DNA of 64,000 nt from Patescibacteria group bacterium (GTDB taxonomy: Bacteria; Patescibacteriota; Doudnabacteria; UBA920; VMFF01). Under the pieces are notes generated by a model. It had not been told where the DNA came from. It saw only the letters and a list, made by a program, of their open reading frames with translations, and did not search any database. Shown here piece by piece: positions 56,283 to 64,000 of the stretch. Position 1 is the stretch's first letter. Each line of letters begins with the position of its first letter. The DNA is taken from positions 12,473 through 76,472 of the forward strand of contig JBBTQQ010000007.1 of NCBI GenBank assembly GCA_038065615.1, read 5' to 3'. Both the position numbers and the translations under genes were made by a program.

Positions 56283-58175
56283 ATGAGCAAATTTTTTAAG
56301 AACGCAGGTATAGTAGTCTTGATTTTCGTTGGTATAGCGCTTGTTGCATCAAGCTTTAGCAGTGGCGTTAAAATCAAAGAAGTTGGATTAAGTGCGGTTG
56401 TAGAACAAGTAAACAAAGGGGAAGTTGTAAAGATAGAAATCAGCGAATCTGATACCAGTCTTTTAGTTTCTCTTAAAGATGGTACAAAAGAAATTACAAC
56501 TAAAGAAAAAAGCGTTTCCCTTTTCGATACTTTAAAAAATAGAGGCGTTGCTCAAGAGAAAATAAATGCAATAGATATAACTCCGCTTCAAAGAGGTCCT
56601 GTCTCTACAATATTTAGCGCAATCCTACCTTTCCTACTCCCTTTCTTGATTTTCATTGTCCTAATTTACTTCATGATGCGCAATGTACAGGGTGCTAACA
56701 ACAAAGCAATGTCCTTTGGACAGTCAGGAGCAAGATTACAAGATGATAGAAAGAAGAAAGTCTCCTTTAAAGATGTGGCTGGCGTAAAAGAAGCAAAAGA
56801 AGAGCTACAAGAAGTCGTTGAGTTTTTAAAATATCCACAAAAGTTTTTACAACTCGGCGCAAGAATTCCAAAAGGAGTTTTACTCCTAGGTTCTCCTGGT
56901 GTTGGTAAGACATTACTTGCAAGAGCAGTTGCCGGAGAAGCAAACGTTCCTTTCTTCCACATGTCAGGTTCTGAATTCGTTGAAATGTTTGTTGGTGTGG
57001 GTGCATCAAGAGTTAGAGACCTATTTAAAAAAGCAAAACGCCATGCACCATGCATTGTCTTCATTGATGAAATAGACGCAGTAGGTAGACAAAGAGGAGC
57101 GGGGTTGGGTGGTTCACACGATGAGCGCGAACAAACCTTAAATCAAATCTTGGTTGAAATGGATGGTTTTGATACAGACACAAACGTAATAGTTATAGCT
57201 GCAACAAACAGACCAGATGTCCTAGATCCAGCCCTGCTTCGTCCTGGTCGTTTTGATAGACAGGTTGTAATTGATCCCCCGGATATAAACGACAGGGAAC
57301 AGATATTAATAGTTCATTCTCTAGGAAAGCCTTTGGCTGCTGATGTTAATTTAAGAAAAATAGCTGAAAGGACAGCGGGTTTTTCAGGGGCAGATCTTTC
57401 TAATTTAATAAACGAAGCAGCAATATTAGCCGCTCGCTTAAACAACAAAGAAGTTACTGAAATGAATCTTAAGGAAGCAATAGAGAAAGTAATGCTAGGT
57501 CCTGAAAGAAAAAGCCATATTCTTTCAAAAAAAGAAAAAGAAATTACTGCATACCACGAAGGTGGACACGCATTAGTAGCTTCCGTGTTACCAAATGCTG
57601 ACATGGTGCATAAAGTTTCTGTTATTAGCAGGGGTAGAGCAGCAGGATACACAATGAAAGTTCCTTCTGAAGATAAGCACCTACACACCAAGAGTGAATT
57701 CTTAGAAGATATTGCTGTTTCATTAGCAGGACTTGCTGCAGAAAGACTAGTCTTCAATGAACAAACAACAGGCGCATCTAATGATTTAAAAGTTTCAACA
57801 GCTCTAGCTCGTCGTTTAGTTACAGTGTATGGTATGAGCGATGAAATGGGTCCAATGACCTTTGGTGATACACACGAAATGATTTTCTTAGGTAGAGATT
57901 TAGCAGAGCAAAGAAACTATTCAGAAGAGGTTGCTGCAAAGATAGATAAGGAGGTTGCAAAAATAATGAAGCAAGGCTACGAAGTAGCAACTGCTGTTCT
58001 AAACAAACATAGAGACAAACTTGATATCATTGCAAAGAAACTTGTTGAGCAAGAAACTTTGGAACAAGAACAGTTTGCAGAGTTAGTACGTGATATAATC
58101 CCAGCTCATAAACTTAAACATCCTGAAGAAATTGCTGTTGAACACGTTCATAAAGAAAAAGAAACTAAAAAATAA
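56283..58175 (+). CDS. ftsH: ATP-dependent zinc metalloprotease FtsH
   Basis: [38 protein letters not shown]; start ATG 56283. Confidence 0.98.
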   Translation: MSKFFKNAGIVVLIFVGIALVASSFSSGVKIKEVGLSAVVEQVNKGEVVKIEISESDTSLLVSLKDGTKEITTKEKSVSLFDTLKNRGVAQEKINAIDITPLQRGPVSTIFSAILPFLLPFLIFIVLIYFMMRNVQGANNKAMSFGQSGARLQDDRKKKVSFKDVAGVKEAKEELQEVVEFLKYPQKFLQLGARIPKGVLLLGSPGVGKTLLARAVAGEANVPFFHMSGSEFVEMFVGVGASRVRDLFKKAKRHAPCIVFIDEIDAVGRQRGAGLGGSHDEREQTLNQILVEMDGFDTDTNVIVIAATNRPDVLDPALLRPGRFDRQVVIDPPDINDREQILIVHSLGKPLAADVNLRKIAERTAGFSGADLSNLINEAAILAARLNNKEVTEMNLKEAIEKVMLGPERKSHILSKKEKEITAYHEGGHALVASVLPNADMVHKVSVISRGRAAGYTMKVPSEDKHLHTKSEFLEDIAVSLAGLAAERLVFNEQTTGASNDLKVSTALARRLVTVYGMSDEMGPMTFGDTHEMIFLGRDLAEQRNYSEEVAAKIDKEVAKIMKQGYEVATAVLNKHRDKLDIIAKKLVEQETLEQEQFAELVRDIIPAHKLKHPEEIAVEHVHKEKETKK

Positions 58176-58190
58176 TAAGAGGAAGGTAAA

Positions 58191-59111
58191 ATGTTAAGCC
58201 TTTCTGAAATATTAACTAGAGCATACGTATACACAAAGAACCATAAGTCCTTATGGTTCTTTGGTTTTTTCCTAACAGGTTGGGGAGTTATGAATTTTGT
58301 TAGGAGAGTTAATTTAAACGCAGATCACTTAGATGTATATTACAGGTACATTTTAGATTACGCATTAAATCATCCTCTTCAATTAACGCTTTCAATCGTT
58401 TCTTTAATAGTGTTAATTGTTTTGGCTTCATTAGTAGGTGCCATTGCGAGGTCTTCCATTATTCACGCGGCTGATGAATTAGAGAAAGAAGAACCAATTA
58501 GTTTACGTTCTGTGCTAAAACAAGCAACTAAATCAGTTTGGCGAGTTTTTTTCGCAGGATTGTTTACAAATGCAGCTATAATATTCTTTTTTTCTTGGTT
58601 GGCTCTGCCTTTGTGGATGGTTTTTAAAAACGGTTTTGAGTTCAGAGGTTTTGTTTTAATTATTACCGCCCTTCTAATATTCATCCCCATAATCATTGTT
58701 TTGTCACTAGTTAATATATTTGCTTGCTGCTATATAGTTATATACAAATTAAAGCTTAGACAAGCATTTGCGAGCGCTTTTGATTTGCTAGCTGTTTTTT
58801 GGCAGCAGGTCATTGCTTTGTTTGTCATGCTTTTTGTTATATATTTCTTCCTCTTTTTCCTCTCCGCAACAATGGTTGGGTTCATTGGCGTCCTTGCATA
58901 CTTGCCTGCTATTCTGGTAAAATCATTATCACTGCAATGGTTTGCAGCGATCATTCTAGCTTTAATAATAATATTAAGTTTTGCGCTTCTTTTGGTAAAC
59001 GCAATATTAAATGTTTTTACCAATTTTGCTTGGACCATATTTTTCTTAGATATAGTTAAAGCAAAGTATATAAAGGACGCGAAACCCGTAGGACAACACG
59101 CGGGCGGTTAG
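58191..59111 (+). CDS. Hypothetical multi-pass membrane protein
   Basis: KSLWFFGF and several TM segments; stop lies inside tRNA-Val. Confidence 0.78.
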   Translation: MLSLSEILTRAYVYTKNHKSLWFFGFFLTGWGVMNFVRRVNLNADHLDVYYRYILDYALNHPLQLTLSIVSLIVLIVLASLVGAIARSSIIHAADELEKEEPISLRSVLKQATKSVWRVFFAGLFTNAAIIFFFSWLALPLWMVFKNGFEFRGFVLIITALLIFIPIIIVLSLVNIFACCYIVIYKLKLRQAFASAFDLLAVFWQQVIALFVMLFVIYFFLFFLSATMVGFIGVLAYLPAILVKSLSLQWFAAIILALIIILSFALLLVNAILNVFTNFAWTIFFLDIVKAKYIKDAKPVGQHAGG

Positions 59112-59176
59112 CTCAGTGGTAGAGCATCTCTTTGACGTAGAGAGGGTCATAGGTTCAAATCCTATACCGCCCACCA
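59102..59176 (+). tRNA. tRNA-Val(GAC)
   Basis: TCTCT-TT-GAC-GT-AGAGA, CCA. Confidence 0.95.
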
Positions 59177-59183
59177 GAAATAT

Positions 59184-59867
59184 ATGGAAATACACGAACT
59201 AGAAAAAATTTTAAAAGTTAAATTCAATAACCCTGATCTCTTAATGACAGCGGTTACTCACCGTTCATACTTAAACGAGAACAGGGCTTTTCATTTACCC
59301 CACAACGAAAGATTAGAGTTTCTTGGAGACGCTGTTTTAGAGCTGATTTCAACAAGATATCTTTATGAAAACTACCCGCACCCAGAAGGAGAACTAACAA
59401 ACTTCCGTTCTGCGCTTGTTAACTACAGAATGCTTTCTGAGATAGCAAGAAAACTCAATGTAGAAGAGTATTTGTTAATGAGCAAGGGTGAAGCAAAAGA
59501 CACAGGTAGAGCCAGACAAGTTATTCTCGCAAACGCGCTAGAGGCAATAATCGGAGCAGTATATTTAGACCTTGGTTATGAAGCAGCAAAAGAGTTTGTT
59601 TTAAGAGACATTGTTGTGGAGCTTCCATCAATAATCAACGAAGGTTCATACATGGATCCAAAAAGTAAGCTTCAGGAAATAGTTCAGGAAAAGCAAGGCG
59701 TCACTCCTTCATACCAGGTTATCTCAGAACAAGGACCTGACCATGACAAAGTTTTCTTAGTAGGAGTATTCATCGGTAATACAAGAGTAGGTGAAGGAAA
59801 AGGTCCTTCAAAACAAGAAGCAGAAGTAGCAGCAGCTGAAAACGCATTGAAAGAAAATAGGTTCTAG
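59184..59867 (+). CDS. rnc: Ribonuclease III
   Basis: NERLEFLGDAVL signature and C-terminal dsRBD. Confidence 0.98.
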   Translation: MEIHELEKILKVKFNNPDLLMTAVTHRSYLNENRAFHLPHNERLEFLGDAVLELISTRYLYENYPHPEGELTNFRSALVNYRMLSEIARKLNVEEYLLMSKGEAKDTGRARQVILANALEAIIGAVYLDLGYEAAKEFVLRDIVVELPSIINEGSYMDPKSKLQEIVQEKQGVTPSYQVISEQGPDHDKVFLVGVFIGNTRVGEGKGPSKQEAEVAAAENALKENRF

Positions 59868-59974
59868 GAAAGAATAAATTAAAATCCGGAAATGTTTCCG
59901 GATTTTTGTTTGTATAAATGCGAAAGCCCCGGACTCTGACGAATGTCAAAGCCGGGGCAGACGCACACTTCTTC

Positions 59975-60475
59975 CTACAACCTGTGCCATTCCATGGTTC
60001 TCCTGGCTCCTTCTCTCCATGCTAGGAACCAGAAGCGCAGGAACGGAGCACCTGGGATGATAGCCAGCAGCATGTGGAAGTATCCAACCTCCACTTGTCC
60101 TTGTAGCACCTCTTGGAAGCCGATCGCGAAGATCGGGGCGGCGACAGCGACGGATACGAGGATTTGCCGCCAGTCGTCCTTCTTGCTCCAGAGGGCTTTC
60201 TTGATCGACTTGATTACCCACGGACCTGTTGCTCTGGCTAGCAGAAAGCAGACCAATCCAAGGAGCCCTATTGCTATCGTGACGAACGAGAGTCCATCGG
60301 TTTCGTTCGGAGGCTCACCATCCCAGATTGCGGCCTTGATCGTCAGTAGCACTACGATCAGACAGGACAGGAATGAAAGCATCCACATGCCGGTGGAGAC
60401 CAGGAAGAGCGGTAACACCACCACCATCCCAGTAATTCGCGCCATTGAAGCGAGGAGCCGACGAATCATGGTCAT
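59975..60475 (-). CDS. GC-rich hypothetical membrane protein
   Basis: Several TM segments; own promoter TTGACA-17-TAAAGT near 60595, GAGGT SD, hairpin at 59925-59960. Confidence 0.6.
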   Translation of the reverse strand: MTMIRRLLASMARITGMVVVLPLFLVSTGMWMLSFLSCLIVVLLTIKAAIWDGEPPNETDGLSFVTIAIGLLGLVCFLLARATGPWVIKSIKKALWSKKDDWRQILVSVAVAAPIFAIGFQEVLQGQVEVGYFHMLLAIIPGAPFLRFWFLAWREGARRTMEWHRL

Positions 60476-60650
60476 ATTAGTAAACCTCAGGTTGTGTAGT
60501 GTGCGATCCAGCGCGGGTGCTGATCGCTATGAAAGCAATCCAACACTATTTACAGCTGAACACAATACTTTAACATAAAAGGAGGACATTGTCAAGAAAG
60601 TGTTGTATGGTATAATTAAGTGGTAATTTGGGATACAGAAACACAAATAA

Positions 60651-63287
60651 ATGTATTTAAAAAGGTTAGAAATTCAGGGCTTCAAGTCTTTTGCAAACAA
60701 AACAACATTAGAGTTTGAAAAAGGCATTACTGCTGTTGTAGGACCAAACGGGTCTGGTAAATCAAACGTTGCTGATGCTATACGTTGGGTTTTGGGAGAG
60801 CAAAGCTTAAAACAACTTCGTGGCAAAAAAAGCGAAGACGTTATTTTTGCTGGCTCTGAAAAAAAACACAAAATGTCATTTGCAACAGTAACTGTTACTT
60901 TTGACAACAGTGACAAGCGTATTCCTTTAGACTACTCTGAAGTTTCAATTTCAAGAAGCATTGATAGAAGCGGAGAGAGTGATTATATGATAAACGGAAA
61001 CAAGGTCCGGTTATTAGACGTTATTGATCTTGTTTTAAAATCAAACATTGGAACATCCCGTCACACAGTTATTGGTCAGGGAACAATTGATCAAATGGTT
61101 TTAGCAGGACCTTCTGAGGTCAAAAATTTAATTGATGAAGCAAGTGGTGTAAAAACATACTACATCCGAAGGGAAAAGACTCTTAAGCGTTTAGATCAAA
61201 CAGCGCAGAACTTGATGCGTGTTCAAGACTTGTTAAAAGAAATTGAACCAAGATTAAAATCACTACGTAGACAAGCAAAGCGCATGGAGGAGAGAACAGA
61301 AATTGAATCAGAGTTGAAAATTTTTCAAGCAGAATTCTTTTCTGAGAAATATTGGCGTATACAAGAATCGTTGCAAGAACTTGTTTTAAAGATCAATGGT
61401 TTAGAAAAACAAAGAACAGAGTTGGAAAATGAAATATCAGGACATCGTTCAAACTTAGATAAAAACGAAGGTGACAACAAAGCAGAAATTTTGGCATACC
61501 AGCAGATACAGGGTGAAATAAAGAGGACGGTGGATAAGAAAAACAAGATCCTTGAAGATGTTGCAATGATTAGGGGAAAGCTTAATGCAGAAAAATCAGT
61601 AGGTGTTGCTTTGGATAGCAAAGCCTTGGGTCTTGAAAAGAACAACCTTGAACACCAAAAGAATACTTTAAATGCAGAAATAGAAAGGGCTACTTCAGAG
61701 AAAAAAGGGATTACAGCAGAGTTAGAAAAACATCATCAAATTTTTGATGAAATCTCTAAAAAGCTTTCAGATATTCAACAAACCATTGATAATCCAGAGA
61801 ACCTTAATTTCCACGAGCTTTCAGAGGACATAGAAATGTTAGATCGTAAGTTCGATGAGTTCTATCAAAACCTTGAGCGTGCTTCAGACGTTTCTTTAAT
61901 AATCTCTTTTGCTCAGGAATTTAAAAGTCATCTTTCTAAATTTAAACAAAAGACAACTCATTTTGCGCAAAACCCATTTGTTAATTTTGAAAAACAAAGA
62001 AAAATACTTTCAGATATATTAACTCAAAAAGATAGAATATCCCAGGAACTAAATAACTTTGAATTAAAGAAGTCAAAAGTAGGAATAACATTAGAATATT
62101 CAGAAGCAGAACTTTCTAAGGTTGAACAAAAACTTTTGCATCTAAACTTAGAACTTCAAAAAGCTGGTGCTACTAGCACAGATCAATACTTTGAACAGTT
62201 AATGTCCCAAGAAAAAGAGTTGAACACTGAGCTACTAAATCTTGGAAAAGAAATTTCTGTTTTAGAGCAGAAAATAACTAGCTACCATCAAAAAGAACAA
62301 AGCAAGAAATCAGAGATCTTAGACGAAGAACGTGCATTAAGAAGTAAACAAGATCATCTTTCAAAGTTAAGAGATCAGATTTCGCTCTTGCAGATTGAAA
62401 AAGCAAAGCTAGATACCCAAAAAGAGAATGTTGTTTCAGAAGCCAAGTTTGCATTAAATCCAGAAGGTTTTGCGGATATAGAAAAGAAAAAGATTCAATC
62501 AAGCACAAATAACTTAGAGGAAAAGATTCATAAGTTCCAGAATCAACTTAGTATGATTGGTGGAATAGACGAATTGACTTTGAAGGAATACGAAGAAACA
62601 GAACAGCGCTACGGTTTCTTAAGTGGACAAGTCCAGGACTTAGAAAAGGGAATTGCTGATTTAAGATCAGTAATAGAAGAGTTAGATGAATACATCAAAA
62701 AACAGTTTGATGATTCATTCAATAGAATCAATGAAAAGTTTGAGAGTTACTTCCGTATTCTTTTTAACGGTGGACGAGCATATCTAAGTATCATCCGTGC
62801 TAAAGAAGAGAAAGCAAATCAAGAAGCAGAGGAAGAAGCGATCTCTGAAGAAACTGGAGGTACAGAAGAAACAATAAAACTAAGACCTGAAGAAAAGTTG
62901 GTTGCTAAGTACGAGAAAGGATCAGATGATGTTGTTGGGATTGATATAAAAGCGACACCACCAGGAAAAAAACTTGCAAACATTTCTGCTCTTTCTGGAG
63001 GAGAGCGTTCTTTAACCTCAATAGCTTTGCTTTGCGCATTACTATCTTGTTTCCCATCACCATTTGTAATGCTTGATGAGGTAGACGCGGCTTTAGACGA
63101 AGCAAACACAATTCGTTTTGCTCAGATATTGGGGACACTTGCACACAGCACCCAATTTGTTACTGTTACTCATAACCGAGAAACAATGAAACAAGGACAC
63201 ACACTTTACGGTGTGACTATGGGGGATGACAGTGTATCAAAGATCCTCTCAATTAAAATCGAACAAGCAACAGTATTTGCTAAATAA
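60651..63287 (+). CDS. smc: SMC-family ATPase, short (878 aa)
   Basis: GFKSF, GPNGSGKSN, LSGGE, LDEVDAALD; follows rnc. Confidence 0.9.
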   Translation: MYLKRLEIQGFKSFANKTTLEFEKGITAVVGPNGSGKSNVADAIRWVLGEQSLKQLRGKKSEDVIFAGSEKKHKMSFATVTVTFDNSDKRIPLDYSEVSISRSIDRSGESDYMINGNKVRLLDVIDLVLKSNIGTSRHTVIGQGTIDQMVLAGPSEVKNLIDEASGVKTYYIRREKTLKRLDQTAQNLMRVQDLLKEIEPRLKSLRRQAKRMEERTEIESELKIFQAEFFSEKYWRIQESLQELVLKINGLEKQRTELENEISGHRSNLDKNEGDNKAEILAYQQIQGEIKRTVDKKNKILEDVAMIRGKLNAEKSVGVALDSKALGLEKNNLEHQKNTLNAEIERATSEKKGITAELEKHHQIFDEISKKLSDIQQTIDNPENLNFHELSEDIEMLDRKFDEFYQNLERASDVSLIISFAQEFKSHLSKFKQKTTHFAQNPFVNFEKQRKILSDILTQKDRISQELNNFELKKSKVGITLEYSEAELSKVEQKLLHLNLELQKAGATSTDQYFEQLMSQEKELNTELLNLGKEISVLEQKITSYHQKEQSKKSEILDEERALRSKQDHLSKLRDQISLLQIEKAKLDTQKENVVSEAKFALNPEGFADIEKKKIQSSTNNLEEKIHKFQNQLSMIGGIDELTLKEYEETEQRYGFLSGQVQDLEKGIADLRSVIEELDEYIKKQFDDSFNRINEKFESYFRILFNGGRAYLSIIRAKEEKANQEAEEEAISEETGGTEETIKLRPEEKLVAKYEKGSDDVVGIDIKATPPGKKLANISALSGGERSLTSIALLCALLSCFPSPFVMLDEVDAALDEANTIRFAQILGTLAHSTQFVTVTHNRETMKQGHTLYGVTMGDDSVSKILSIKIEQATVFAK

Positions 63288-63293
63288 CAAAAA

Positions 63294-63899
63294 ATGGAAC
63301 ATTTAATTCAAAGCATCACAGGGTTTGTTACTGACATAATCTCAGCAGGTGGGTATGTGGGTGTAGGTTTTTTGATGGCTTTAGAATCTTCCGCTATTCC
63401 AATTCCTTCTGAAATCATAATGCCGTTTGCAGGGTTTTTAGTTTCTGCAGGAACATTTACGCTTTTTGGTATTTCTTTTGCAGGAGCAGTAGGTTCTATG
63501 ATTGGTTCAGCTGTTTTGTATTACATAGGATATTATGGAGGTAGGCCAGTAATTGAAAAGTATGGCAAATATTTTTTGATAAACCACAAAGATCTGGATA
63601 TGGCTGAGAATTTTTTCCAAAGGCACGGTCAGCTCGCAAACTTTATTGGAAGACTCTTGCCCATAGTAAGAACATTCATTTCTTTTCCAGCTGGAGTTGC
63701 AAGAGTTAAAATAGCGCCGTTTCTTGCTCTTTCATTCATTGGTTCGTTTTTTTGGTCTTTGTTCTTGGGTTTCATTGGCTTAAAGCTTGGACAGAATTGG
63801 AACACAATCCACTCATATTTCACAGGCATTGATTATGTCATTGTTGGTCTTTTTATTTTAGGTCTCATATACTATGTCCGTAGACATTTAAAGCATTAA
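63294..63899 (+). CDS. DedA family membrane protein
   Basis: ESSAIPIPSE, GRLLPIVRTFISFPAG. Confidence 0.93.
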   Translation: MEHLIQSITGFVTDIISAGGYVGVGFLMALESSAIPIPSEIIMPFAGFLVSAGTFTLFGISFAGAVGSMIGSAVLYYIGYYGGRPVIEKYGKYFLINHKDLDMAENFFQRHGQLANFIGRLLPIVRTFISFPAGVARVKIAPFLALSFIGSFFWSLFLGFIGLKLGQNWNTIHSYFTGIDYVIVGLFILGLIYYVRRHLKH

Positions 63900-63910
63900 A
63901 AACAAAAATT

Positions 63911-64000
63911 ATGAATCAAGAACTATTAGATTATGTGACAACAGCAAGAGCAAAAGGTTCTGATGACGCGAAAATAACAGAAGAGCTATTAATTACGGGT
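63911..64000 (+). CDS. Hypothetical protein (partial, runs off window)
   Basis: MNQELLDYVTTARAKGSDDAKITEELLITG open to the end. Confidence 0.6.
   Translation, partial: MNQELLDYVTTARAKGSDDAKITEELLITG

Overview
AT-rich bacterial chromosome segment spanning the replication origin (dnaN-oriC-dnaA-rpmH-rnpA-yidD-yidC-jag). Gene content (tandem VirB2/TrbC-like pilins, short SMC, tRNA-adjacent LAGLIDADG genes, few Shine-Dalgarno sites) suggests a Patescibacteria/CPR genome; this is inference. It holds about 65 housekeeping and envelope genes and 14 tRNAs, including tRNA-Ile(UAU) and a tRNA-Phe(GAA) split by a 217-nt group I intron. The most striking unannotated signals are: (1) an aromatic amino-acid mini-operon (TyrA-PheA fusion, DAHP synthase, chorismate mutase) with two tandem Phe/Tyr-rich leader-peptide attenuators, the first apparently leaderless and the second coupled to the upstream stop codon by an ATGA overlap; (2) three stand-alone structured ncRNA candidates with A-rich linkers (17.3 kb, 50.1 kb, 51.3 kb); (3) a 39-nt hairpin with a compensatory change, repeated 33 kb apart behind two GC-rich, SD-led, foreign-looking genes; (4) four parS-like sites clustered in one O-antigen ligase gene. 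All calls were made by eye without database searches.
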